A stretch of 64,000 nucleotides of DNA. Origin: Klebsormidium nitens (lineage: Eukaryota > Plantae > Klebsormidiophyceae). This document shows, piece by piece, positions 47,401 through 59,738 of the stretch. Made by a program: the position numbers and the translations under genes. Numbering within the stretch: position 1 is the first letter of the stretch; the number at the start of each line of letters is the position of its first letter. Location: NCBI GenBank assembly GCA_000708835.1, contig DF236982.1, positions 248,001 to 312,000 on the forward strand, given 5' to 3'. Below the pieces are notes generated by a model that made no database searches, was not told the DNA's origin, and saw only the letters and a list, made by a program, of their open reading frames with translations.

Positions 47401-48601
47401 AGCGGTCCTTAGGAAACTCTCTCCAGGTAAGCCTTCCGCTTTTGTTAGGGCAAACGCCCAAAAGCGAGCATGTGCGTGACGAGGTTCTCATGTGTCAAAG
47501 CTCCAGGGGAACCTTTGGAGGCTTGAAGGCGGATGGCTAAAAATCATAAAACCTGGATGAGACTTCACTCGTTCGGACTGATTCTGACGGTGGGGTTCTG
47601 TGCACAATTGATAGGTCGGTTCGAGTCTTTAATATCCCCTAGCTAGCGTATAAAGCTTCTAATCATCATAATTCAACAGCACGTTGTCGACAATCATTCG
47701 AGACTCGGCTTCGTTCGCAGGTTGAAACAGTGATGGGCCTTCTCTCGCCGCTCGCTTCGTTGCAAGCCCCGGAGATGCCGGAAGGGTTAGCTGTGCTTTC
47801 CATCTGCGCTGGGATCGGAGGCGTCGAGGTCGCGTTGCAGCGCCTGGGGATTCTCGTCCGAAGGCTTGTCTATGTCGAGATCGACGACGACTGCAGCGCG
47901 GTGAGTGAGAAGCAGCTTGTGAAAGAAGAAGGTTCCGGCGAAGCAGCCCTTATTAAGCTTCTAAGGCCTCATCTATACGACCCCATTTTGAGTTGAACGT
48001 ATCTACATACAGCATGCTCACACGTGAGTGCAGAATCAGGCTTCAGCCGTTCTGATGGTCCGGCGACCATAATTGTTCTGCTGAGATAGATGCGAATTAG
48101 GTCGCCTGTACCTTCGGTTTCAAAAACTAGGATTGCTGCGATCTAGTGTTGCCCCTGTGGTCACTGTCGAAACGCATAAGGGAAAGTCGTGCAAAGGCTT
48201 GAAGAGAGAGTCTATAAGGCAGAATCCGTTTCAATCTGTTTGAGTAACGGGTCAAGACATCAAACGGTCTATTGCAGGTGCTTGAGCAGTTCTGGATGGA
48301 GGCGGGGCACCCGCAGACGAGCATTGTCAGATACAGAGACCTTTCCGACCCAACGTTGTTGGCGAATCTGGACGTTGAGGCTCGACAATGCAACGGCTTC
48401 GACCTCGTCGCTGGAGGAACACCATGCAACAACTTCTCCGGCAACAATCGGGTCCTGAAGGACGCGACCACGGGCAGGGGTAGAGTGGGTCTTGATGGAA
48501 AGCACTCCCGTCTTTTCTACAACTTCGCTGACATCTGCCGCAGGATGGTGGACCTACAAAATGAATTACGGGGCACAGAGAAGATAGTATATTACGCTTA
48601 G
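44448..48601 (+). CDS. DRM: Domains-rearranged (DRM-type) de novo DNA cytosine-5 methyltransferase; ~676 aa if started at ATG 44448
   Basis: Exons 44448-44458, 44803-44925, 45004-45113, 45490-45662, 45791-45871, 46097-46972, 47274-47426, 47721-47900, 48278-48601 in phase, no stops. Permuted motif order: PFFFFENV (VI), RRRSYISNIP (VIII), LVWVG..EMEKVLGYPEGHTR (IX), SLGNSLQV (X), then LSICAGIGG (I), VEID (II), FDLVAGGTPCNNFSG (IV). The start codon is uncertain. Confidence 0.92.
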
Positions 48602-50171
48602 TTTGGCTGATTCGAAATGCATTCTGAGGAGCTCAGTCTTTCAAGAGTGCGCCCGCAGAAGCTTCGAAATGAGAACCCATGGAGTATTGTGTAAGTGAAA
48701 TGTACACTTGCTATGGCCTTTGACCTTCAGTCGTGTTCGTACATACTGAGGAATGCATGTAGGTTACTAGGTTGATAGGTTGAACGGCCCGAAAGTGACG
48801 GGCAGAAGCGATGCGAAACCCTCCGAACAGTCCAGCTGCAGTAGTTCGGCGTACAGGTTGACGAGGGAACATGATCAAGTGGGGATCAAGTGCTGGCAGA
48901 TCGTGCTTTCCCTATTGTTAATATGTTTTCCATCATCTGCCCGGATACCCAGGCGGAATGATCGTGATCATTTCTCCAAGCCCAGGCCCAGCATGCTTCA
49001 AGGCGGGCTGCGATCGGACCTGCATGACAGTTGCGGCACGCACCGCTCATTTCTCAGGCCATCCTTGTGCGATTTGAGGTACCGCGGCAGGCATGCATTG
49101 AGCAACCAGACTCAATCAATATGTCGCGGAACCCTTGAGGGAGCGTTCCGCTTAGTAAATGATCGGGCTACGTCCTAGGCTAGCTAAGCACAAGGCTACC
49201 TACGCACAGGGCGGGCATGCGCGCCGTGCACGGCCCGCACACATGCAACATGCGTCATGCGGTACGAGACATTTGAAGCTGATGGCGAATAATCGACAGT
49301 GCCACGGCATACGACGAGTTTGCGTGGCCGGCATAGGCACATAGGCTGCTCGGCCGGCTTACGAAACGTTGAATGAGCGCTCCTGTAAGAGTGGCATGCA
49401 AGCGGCATTACTTTTTAACTCGACCACAAGCTCCAGCTTGGATATATATAGAGTTTCGCATGCAACCGATATCATGCGCTGGTTGGAATATACTAACGGC
49501 CGGGCTGCCGCACCATATCATGTTATCATTATGACTCGCGTTCGGATGGACTATATCAAGTCCATGTATTCATATAGGATATGACTTATCAAGGGCTCTG
49601 AAGGGGCCGGGTAGCAGCGTTGCCAGTCAATCTTACTATATCGACAGTTACTAAGCAATCAATGTCATTCTTGACCGCAGTCCACTTGCAAGATTTGCTA
49701 CCATTTCTTACACAGCCTTTCGCGACTAGCATGCCGCCTCAGCACTGAAGGCTAGTTGAGGTTCATTTGCTTAGCTTAAAAGGATTCACTGAACTTGAGC
49801 AGAAATCAGGACCCTTAACAGGATGTGGAAATGTACACCTCATTTAAGAATGAACGGTCTTCTCAGCATCCAATGTCTTCAGTGCAACACCATCTCTGCA
49901 TATCTGGCTCAACGAGGGCGCCACTCGCTTAAATTAGCGCCTAAAAGTGGAGACTACAACTGTCTTGACGCTGACATCAACTCGGTGATCTGTATCTCGT
50001 GCTTGAGAGAAATATGTTATGCGAACCGGTTGCTCACCGACTCACAAAAAGTGAACGAGCCTATAACGAGCTTCTACTATCGCTTCAGGCCTTCCCAACC
50101 CGGAAAGGAGTGTGGATTACCATCCAACCCGCCAGACATCTCCCGTCCCAAATTATTCTCGCACTGCGGCC

Positions 50172-53100
50172 CTACTTGCGCGTCTGCCGGCTCACGAACC
50201 GCAGCGCGACGTAGAAGAAGAAGCGGTAAGCGAGGAAGAACGCGATCATGACGGCCGCGTTGTTCCACTTGTGCACCTTAGCCATGTCGAAGCCCGCAAG
50301 AACCTGGTCAAGAAGACTAAATTTTAGAAACCAGCAAGCGTTGGGAGTACTGCATCCACCAGCCTGAGGTCGGTGAGGTTAGCTCGGGGGTTAGGGTGGA
50401 GACGAATGCGGAAGAGTTCTTTTCTGAAACCGAGACTGGAGGGCCGGCGGCTGTGACGACTCTCTCGTTGGACCAAAACTAGTACCAGATGAGGCTCGGT
50501 AGATGTCAGAAGCTGTCCTTCAATGCTTGAAAGAGGCCCCAGCGGCGAGCTTACTAGAAACGTGGCTTTTGAGAAAGGTTAGGTGCTGGCTATTCGCGAG
50601 ACATGTCATACCTCATTCGAAGAGTCATACCTGGGGTGCGGTCGCGAGGCAGCTCGGCCCGGGGAGGCCGTCGAAGCACTGGTCGCGCACGCCGGGGGCC
50701 GTGAACTCGTTGTAGAGCAGCATCTCCAGGGGGTACTTGAACGTGGACAGGTAGTGGAACCAGATCCAGTATCCGGGGATGTCGCCCCTGCAGCCGGGGG
50801 AAGAAGAAGGAATGAGTTTATAGTCGGGTCTACCGCTGGTGTTATCCCTCCTTCGGCTGAGCCATGGACGAGTCTTTGACCGGGGACATCTTCCTTGCCC
50901 CCACAAAAGAGAAGTAGGAGCGATTGGCGGTAAACTTCGTCGAGAGCAACCGTCGACGACGTTGCCATTTGTCACACTATAACGTTCAACCACATTGATA
51001 ACGAGACTAATTCGAATTGAGCAGGTCCTTGCTGGCCTAGCTGTTGATGTGCCAGTTGGCAAGAGAAGTTAGTTCCAGGGACTTTGCGCCTGACAGTTGC
51101 GCCCAGGCGCCGAAGCGCCGAAGCTCCACAGCGCCCGAGTGCTGAAGCAGCCAAGCGGCCAAGCGGCCTCTGGTGGGTCAACGCCTCACCTGGGGATGAA
51201 GAAGCCGCAGAAGAGGAAGAAGTACGCTGACTTTTGCTAGATTGAAGTCTCTTTGAAACCCTCACCTGGGGATGAAGAAGAAGCCACAGAAGAGGAAAAA
51301 GTACGCTGACTTTTCCTAGATTGAAGTTCTTTGAAACCCTCACCTGGGGATGAAGAAGAAGCCGCAAAAGGAGGAAGAAGTACGCTGACTTTTCCTAGAT
51401 TGAAGTCTCTTTGAAACCCTTACCTGGGGATGAAGAAGCAGCCGCAAAAGAGGAAGAAGTACGCTGACTTTGCTAGATTGAAGTCTCTTTAAAAGCCTCA
51501 CCTGGGGATGAAGAAGCCGCAGAAGAGGAAAAAGTACGCTGACTTTTGCTAGACTGAAGTTTCTTTCACCTGGGGATGAAGAAGCAGCCGCCAGAGAGGA
51601 AGATGTACGCTGACTTTGCCGAATTGAAGTCTTTTTGAAAGCCTCACCTGGGGATGAAGAAGCCGCAGAAGAGGAAGAAGTAGGCGGTGAAGGCGGTGAT
51701 GATGGTGTTGCCCGTGATGAAGTTGGGCACGAGCGCGCTCCAGAAGACGACGAACGAGTTGGCCACGCTCAGCACCAGGAACAGCGTGAAGACGAAGAAG
51801 AAGAAGCTGCTCGCCTCCGCGGCCATGCCGATCATCCTGCAGGAAGGGGGAGAGAGGCGCTGACGTCAAACGCTGGCGTCAGAAAATGCGAGTTGTTGTT
51901 ATGAAGACGAAGAAGAAGAAGCTGCTCGCCTCTGCGGCCGTGCCGATGATCCTCCGGGGAGGGGGAGAGAGGCGCCGACGTCAGACGCTGGCGTCAGAAA
52001 GTTGCAAAGTTTCGTCGTCGTGAAGACGTGGTCTCCGGGAAAGCTTTCAAGGTGGGGGTTTTCTTTGCTGGAAAGTTTTGGCTTCAGCCCATATCTTGCG
52101 GAGCAGGAAAGATGACAATGCCGGATTTGACAATGGGCTCCATGTCGACGTCACGATGTCTTGGATACTATTGGTTGTAGGAACAAGCCGCTGTCTTTTC
52201 GAACAGAAGCCGCGATTGTGCGATCAAGCGAAGGCGAAATACGCCGCACAGTAGTAGCTTGATAAGCCGCACCGCCCCTCCGAGACCGTTCGAGGATTGC
52301 GGAGCAAAAGGCGAGGCTTGAAAACCAACAAGCGGCAGAAAATGAGGCTGCTTTTCTGGTGCCAAACGTTCAACGCAAGAAAGTCGATACAAGAGCGCTC
52401 GATACGCGCTGAGTGCCATCTCAAAAAGCACGTGAGAGAGTCCGCCAGTAGGAAGATCAGCTCTCGAGGCTGAACAACGGGCGTTTTCTTTGCGTCATTC
52501 TCACCAGTAGGAGACGCAGCTGAAGATAAGCGCCAGGACGAAGAAGAAGGGCAGGAAGATGATGGCGCTCGAGATGGAGTACGCCGACGTGCGGTATGCG
52601 CCACGGGACGTCTCGCGGATGAAAATCTGCGGGGAAAAATGGTGAAATGTGTACATCTTGAAAGCCAAGACTCTAGGGACTATTTGCCTCTACAGACAGA
52701 TAGATGGGCAGCCCTTTGGTGGACGTCAATAGCGGTGGCACTCAAATGAACGAAACATCTCAACCATCTCAACCAAGTTCCAGCGTAGTTACTACAGCTT
52801 CTTCCGAGCAACCTGCCAATTGTGATGAAAAGCCTTAGCCTAATTTAGTCAGTCTGTTGCCGAGTAAAATAAGTTTGAATCAGATAACACTGACATTAGC
52901 AGGTTGCTCGGGAGAAGCTGCAGAACCCTACAGCTTTTAAGCCCCTGCGATCAGGTTCTTCCAAGCGAGAGGGATAGGCAGGATAAACTACAAAAGTCGC
53001 ATTGAGAACCCATGAACACCTCAAGTCGACGACCTTAAAACCTTAGAACTTATAACGCACCTGCTTCTCCGCCAGGAAGATGGGCAGCGCCTCGGTGGAC

Positions 53101-56100
53101 GTGAAGAGCAGCAGCGCGAGCGCGAACGCGATGTACGACGCGCGCGCCTGGATGCCGTACGGCGTGAAACCGATGGAGAAGAAGAGGGAGCCCAGCACGA
53201 AGCCGGTCATGCACATGAGGCCGATGCGCGCGAAGAAGAGCTCGGGCGTCCGCAGCGTGTTGCGCAGGCAGCGGTCCGAGAGGACGAACAGCTCGGAGAG
53301 GAAGGACGTCGCGAACTTGGGCTTCTCGCCGATGACCGACATGTTGGACTGGATCTGGGCCAGCTTGCCGTGGCGCTCGTACCGCGCTTGCTGCACGAGA
53401 GAAATGTCGTTTGAGTGTTTGATTTCCCCGGCTGTGGTAAGATTATATGGGGATGTTCGGAGACAAAGGATGCCGCGAACTTGAGATTTTGCTGAGGAAC
53501 GCAACAAACTGGATCTGGGCCAGCTTGCCGTGGCGCTCGTACCGCACTTGCTGCACGAGAGAGGTTTCGCTGTCAGAATGGTGGGGCTGCTCCGGGATGG
53601 TAAGATCATACGACATCAAAAATTTCGGATGTAGAGAGGGGGGTGGGAGAAAGACGTCGCAAAGTTGGGGTTTTGCTGAAAATCGCAACGGACTGGATCT
53701 GGGCCAGCTTGCCGTGGCGCTCGTATCGCGCTTGCTGCACGAAGAGATTTTTGGGTTTCGAAACGCTGGGGGTATCCGGGCGGTATTGGAATATTATCAA
53801 AAGTGCTTAAGGATTACAGGTTTGAAAGGAACTTGGAACGAAGGGACGTCGGGGCTTCGCTCTGAGGACCAATGCCTCGCTTGTTGTGGTGGTGAAAGCT
53901 CGCTGCTGACTCCGTCATCGTAAGATTCCGACGTCTGGCATCGCAGAACACAGTTCTAAAACCGGGAGCTGTTCGATGCTGGCAGAACGGGCTGCAGGCC
54001 TTCAGCTAACGTAGGAAACCAAGCACTAAAAGCAAAGCAGAAAAGCATACATTGCTGAATCACAACTCAGGACCGTACGGAAGTCACCGGTGCTTTGGGA
54101 ATGGAAAAGAGCGCAGCTCACGGAAGAAGGGACGAGTGGTTGGTGGCCCCCTCCTTGGAGAATAGTTACTGATATTGCACGCGAAAAGATCGTCCATGTC
54201 CCAACTGTATGGAATCTGTCGAATGTGACCAGAGCCGAAAGCCCACGCAGTGTTTGGATGCTGTGGGATGACAGGGAAAGAACTCCCTAGAAGCCTAGAA
54301 CTCGACCTTTCAAAGGTCTCAAAAACTCAGACGTGAAAACCGCAACTCACGGCGAAGTCGACGAGCGGCTCGATGCCCCCCTTGCTCTCTTGGAGCTCCT
54401 CGATCGTGTCCAACGTGTACTCGAGCACGTTCACGTGGTTTGGCACGTGGCGCCCGAACTCCTTGAGGTGCGGGGCGAGGCCGGGGTAGGGGCCATGATA
54501 CACCGGGTTGCCACGGGCAAGGATCAAAAAGTTGTCAATCAGCTCCAGAATCCTGGAAAATAGGGATAGAAGTGTTGCTTTCGGGAGTAGAGAAATCTGA
54601 ATCTTGAGATTTAGATGGTGAAAGCTGCTGACCGAGCTCTTTTGAGGTGCGGCGCAAGGCCGGGGTAGGGGCCGTGGTACATCGGGTTGCCGCGGGCCAG
54701 ATCAGAAAGTTGTCAATCAGCTCCAAGATCCTGGCACACAGAGATAGAATTGTTGCTATTAAGAGTGTTGGAATCAAAATCTAAGATTCAGTATGGTGAA
54801 AGCTGCTGACCGAACTCTTTGAGGTGGGGGGGGCCAGGCCGGGTTGTGTGGCCGTGGTATACTGGGTTGCGGTGGGCCAAAGTTCGAAGACCGGTCAATC
54901 AACTCCAAGATCCTGGATAATAGGGATAGAAGTGTTGCTTTCGAGATTGTTGGAAAACAAATAAAAAGATTCAGTATGGTGAAAGCTGCCCCGGAGCAGG
55001 GGCCGTGGTTGCCACGGGCAAGGGATTCGAAGTTATCAATCAGCTCTGAAACCCTGTACAAATGGAGGATGCACCGGCGTCAAGAGCTCAAGGTGTTGAA
55101 GCTGAGGAGCTTAGCTTCCATGAAAGCGAGCGGTTCTGAGCTGCCCCAGGTTCGAGGCATGAAGTACTGAGTCAGCAGGTAATCAAGCAGCTGTAAGATC
55201 CTGCAGTGAGACCACTTTCTCCGCGCCGAGTTTTGGGAAAGACCAAGATTGACTACTCAGGTTTGCAATGAAGCAATTTTGACAGGATGCTGGCGTTGGC
55301 GAACAGAGGAAAGGACCTTCTCAACCTTGAACGTTGAGGGCTGACCTGAAGCTGGGCTGGTGGATTGTCAGGATGATCGTGCGATTCTTGGTACGCGCGA
55401 TGTTGTGCAGAATTTGAACCACGTTGAGAGCGCTCGTAGAGTCCAGCCCGGAGGTCGGCTCGTCCAGGAACCTGGTGAAGGGAGGGTTTAAGAACACGGG
55501 TTAAGAGAGTCGGTTGACGAGGCACAAACCTGGTCAAAGGAGGAGCTCGGATCCTCTCAGGAGGCCAAGCAGAGTGAGAGAAACGGACTGTGAGGGTTTG
55601 GTCTCAAGGCAGTGACGGCTAAAAATTACATACGATGATTCACTCGCAGAGCTGATCAGGGCGAAGTGGGACTGGGTGCGCTTTTGCGATGCACGACTTC
55701 GGTGCTCGATCGGATCAAGCAATCACAGAAAGACTCGCTTTCACAGAAGGCAAGAGAAACATAGACGGATGCGTTTGGTGCTGATTGGCAACCATGTTTA
55801 CCGTGAGATATATCACAAAGCATCAAGGCGCCATGCGTTTGAAAGACGACAGCCCGAGGAAAGTGAGCGAGTCCGCTTACAACACTGGCGGGTCGTGGAT
55901 AAGATCGACGCCGATTGACACACGCCGCTTCTCTCCTCCTGAGACGCCCCGCACCTGCACATTGTAAGACATGTCAGTTTCAATCGACACCACTGGATGA
56001 GAATAAGGAGGTCTGTAGTCACATGGTACCTCCGACTAGCCTGACGTCACTCTGCCGTCAGCATCTGCTTCCAACCGTTGCCGGGAGAAGTCAAATCACT

Positions 56101-58993
56101 CTATCAAGCTGGCAATCATTTCTTTGCCGAGATGCAGGCAGGTTTTGCCAATGAAGCAGCCCACAGTGAAGCAGCCCAAAACTTGCCGCCACTGCAGAGC
56201 AAAGAGAGTCAACCTCGTCTACATACCCAAACAGACAATTGTCGGTTGTATAATCAGACTGCTTCTGAGACGAGGCAAATGAGGTGTTGCCTCGGTCATT
56301 TCCCTCCTTGCCAATTTCGAGCTCGTTGGTGATCTCATCAGCCATAGAACGATTCTGCATCCGACACACTTCCAGACCTTCCTGCCCCGCTTACCTCCTC
56401 ATTCCCAATTTTGGTGTCAGCAGCGTGGGTGAGCCCAAGCTCGGTGATCATCTCCTCCACCCGCTCCTTTTTCTCGGCAGTTGTCATGGTCCCCGGCAAC
56501 CGGAGTCGTGCGCTGAACATGAGCGTCTCGCGCACCGACAGCATAGGGAACAGCTGGTCGTCCTGTTGTTCAGGAGGAATCAAGGTTTGAGACGCGGGTT
56601 TAGGAGTCTTTTCAAGCACTCAACGAGGCTGCTGACGGAAAATCATCATCTGCAAATGAGAAAGAACCGACGAAATGCTTTTGGCCCTTCTCACCAGCAG
56701 AATGGAAACCGCGTTTTTTGTGGAAGTGGAGCTTCGAAAAGTGGGGCAAGCAGCGGGTTAGAAAGTGGGTCAATATTTGGTGAGATGAAAAGTAGAATTC
56801 CTGAGAAGAGTTAGCCCATATCTGGTCAGCAATTTGGTAATAATGGAGCGAAAAATTCGAAGTTGTTTGCACAAGCTCAGGGAAAGAGCGATGCTGACTT
56901 TGCGATACAGGGGGAGTGCTTTCAAACCGAGGCCCTTGACTTTGGATAAATGTGCTCCCCAGCAGAAAGAATAGAGGCAATCATGATTTTGGAGACATCA
57001 TGATTTGCATAGAATAGCCAGATAGCAGCTTCAACTCATGTCCACAATGATTCTCATGCTGCTCCCCAAAAACCCCGCAGAAAAGATTTTTCCACCCCTT
57101 CATGAAAACCAAACGGACCCTTTGCCAAATACACAAGTCGTTTTTGCCCTATCCCACCCCCCCCCCCCCCTACTCACCTGCATCACATATCCCGACAGCC
57201 GCTTGAACCCATGGTCCATCGGCTTATTGTTCACCAGGATCCCCCCCTCCAGGCTGTTGGAGTCGATCCGCCCCGCGATTGCATCCAAGAATGTCGATTT
57301 TCCAGCCCCCGAGGGGCCCATAACCGCCATCATCTCTCCATGGCGTGCCACAGCGCTGACCTTATTCAACAAAAGGCGCTCCGTCGAGCCCTCCTGAGTC
57401 TTAGAAACAACCTGTGGCCAGAGGAGAATACTTGGTTATTTCCTTCCATTCGCTGCTTGTTTGTGTGTCTTTGTTTTCATGTCAGCGGCGGAGGTGGAAC
57501 TTCTGTTTTGTGCCTCTCCTGAGTCTCTGCTACTATGAGAGCATAGTGTTTTCGTGACGTGTCCCAAGGCCATCCTGCTAAGAAAGTCTTGCTCTGAGAC
57601 AAACAGGTTTTCAGGCCTGATTGTGATCTTTGATAATCTGCATCGACAAGTTCCATTCTTGCCGCATGAAGCCAAGCAGACAGTGATTGCCAGTAGTGCA
57701 GAGGAGTACTCGTTGTTACTCGCAGAGTTCGACAATTAAAGCCAGCCAAAGAATCAGGTGTTGTGTATCAGGTGTTCTGTTTGCATCCCTGGTGACTTCC
57801 ATCCAGCTTGTTATGATGACAGTACTTTTCAAGGCTGCTTTCCAGACGGCGACTATGAGAGGCTTGGGAAACATTTACCGTACTACGAGTATTAGCACCA
57901 TAGTAAAGTACGGGGAAAAGACAACGACAGCAGCCCACTCTGGCCCACTGTTTGATGCCTTATGAAAGGCAGTCTTGAGTTAAAATGAGCCTGCGCGTTG
58001 CAAACAAGACTGTGTTCATCAGTGTTCTGGGCTATATTGTTCTTGTAGTCCAATGTTTGGGGGCTTTTGTGAAACTTCTTACACCTGGAGCGACTTCAAG
58101 GTCCGTCCAACTTAGCCTCATCTTCAGCTAAGCACCACCATGGTACTGATAAGACTCTGATGCTCTCCTTCCATGAAGGCACATCAGCAACAGCCATCCA
58201 TATGTTCTTTGAAACACAAGTACAGCACTGGATGTAAGTACCCTTGAAATGATCAATAACTAACTAGAGTTCAGCACAAACGTGTGAAGTTCGACGCAAC
58301 TTGACAATGATAAGCACCGAAGTTGAGATGGACCAGTACATTCAGGGCAGCTATGCAGTCAACTTTCCAACAGCCTGTTCTTCCTTTTGACTCTTATAAA
58401 GACAGGGCCATTCTGAAGGTGCTGCCAGCAGAAGATGAAGTAAAACAGCAATCAAATGTGAGTGCCTGAGATCACTCCCGGGACAGCATCAAAGGACAGA
58501 ATGCCACTGACCATCAGGCACTCTAACCACGTTCATTATTCTTATATGCCCAGAAATATGGGAGTAAGGTGGTGTCAAAATACTAAGCGAGATCCCTCTG
58601 CCCTGAAGCAAGACCTTCTTCTTGAAATATGTTTTGGTGAGCATTGCAAAGCGCGCTTCTACCTTGTGCTTCAAATGTTGCACAGGTTGTCTGGCATTTT
58701 TTGCGAGTGTCCTTACAAGAACGTAGTTGACGTTTCTCCTGTCGAGAATACACAACACATAACTTGTTTCGCAGCGACCTCGCCAAAGCAAATGTGTCGG
58801 AAAAGAGAGTCTTGCAGCACGAGAACACGGCACTCTCAACCCTCACCTTGTATGTCAGCGAATGGATGGAGAGGTCATACGTCTTGTGCTTGCCTCCGTG
58901 CTTGGAGTCATCATGAGATGATGAATCACCCTCAGGGACGCTGTTCGGCAGCTCCACTTCCTTTGTTTTGGCACCAGTTTCCAGGTCCGCCAT
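50172..58993 (-). CDS. Half-size ABCG (WBC-type) transporter
   Basis: Exons 58993-58847, 57393-57178, 56562-56395, 55954-55881, 55471-55346, 54552-54351, (small linker exon(s) ~54170-53830 uncertain), 53390-53061, 52626-52505, 51836-51648, 50787-50631, 50303-50172. Walker [10 protein letters not shown], signature [12 protein letters not shown], Walker [16 protein letters not shown], and a C-terminal ABC2 membrane domain ([23 protein letters not shown]). Confidence 0.95.
51187..51647 (-). repeat. Six ~68-81 bp tandem copies of the ABCG exon 3' end plus 5' splice site
   Basis: Minus strand: ...CAGCGTACTTCTTCCTCTTCTGCGGCTTCTTCATCCCCAG|GT(G/A)AG repeated at plus positions ~51188, 51261, 51339, 51420, 51498, 51566, downstream of the true donor at 51647. 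Confidence 0.93.
51901..52000 (-). repeat. Single duplicate of the ABCG intron 3' end plus exon start (decoy acceptor)
   Basis: 51901-52000 copies 51787-51886; the acceptor is changed from CTGCAG to CCGGAG. Confidence 0.85.
53391..53750 (-). repeat. Two copies of the ABCG acceptor plus exon start (GTGCAG|CAAGCGCGGTACGAGCGCC...)
   Basis: Decoy exon starts at 53550 and 53734 versus the true start at 53390; each copy encodes [14 protein letters not shown]. Confidence 0.92.
54553..55205 (-). repeat. Three tandem ~140-180 bp copies plus one older copy of the ABCG acceptor and exon start (ILELIDN...)
   Basis: Decoy exon starts at 54730, 54912, 55053 and 55200 versus the true start at 54552; all keep CAG acceptors. 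Confidence 0.9.
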
Positions 58994-59699
58994 CTCTGCA
59001 GATCTTGTGTCGACGACTGGTCTCCCAAGACCACAGACGTGGAGAAACTTCCACCACTATCACTCGGTCCTCAGGCCTTGATGCTCCTTCTTGAAGCTAT
59101 CTGAACGACTGTTTACAATAACACAACTGCCATGAAAAACCTGGGAGACAACAATGCAAGTCAGAGGCAATGCTTTTAGTGGTCAACAACGGCTTCCTTC
59201 CTCTCTGTCGTACCAGTGTGACACAGCAAGGGCTACCCGCTAGTAGGTAGCACTTCCAAAGCTCCACGTTCTCTAGCTAGCTTTAGTGAGAGCACACATT
59301 TCACTGCCGGAATGCAGCTAGTGCTGCCAGTGGTCTAGCTAGATGATGATCGCCGCCGTGCTAGCTGCACTCTTAAATGCTGACCCCTATTACAAGCAGA
59401 ACGTCTAAAAGGATACCATGGCGCTTCTGATTCTGCCCAGAAGGCTGCATTGTCCTGGAGAAAGCGGCTCCATCTTGGAATGCGCTTGCACCTCTTTTGA
59501 AAGAAGCAAAGTTTCAACCTTCAGGCTTCAGCCATGGCGCGGCTCTCTCTAGAAGACCATGGATGGCAGCGTTGACGTGCATTATTGCTTCGAGCTTTCG
59601 TCGTCGAACGATTCAAGGGGGGAGTGTATGCTTTCTGCTTCGACGTGCGGAACCCGACTACGTCACCAGGCAAGTTCTGCGAACGTACTCCATCTTCGG

Positions 59700-59738
59700 C
59701 GGACGCATGACTAATCGTGCGGACGCATGACTAATCCG
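59700..59738. repeat. 20 bp tandem duplication
   Basis: CGGACGCATGACTAATCGTG followed by CGGACGCATGACTAATCCGA. Confidence 0.85.

Noticed and set aside
35420-48601. A literal type III restriction-modification system
   Set aside because: The methyltransferase is a plant DRM-type 5mC enzyme rather than a Mod m6A enzyme, both genes are spliced, and no nuclease domain was recognised.
51187-51647. CRISPR array
   Set aside because: Eukaryotic intron, no unique spacers, the unit is copied from the adjacent exon and donor, and no cas genes are present.
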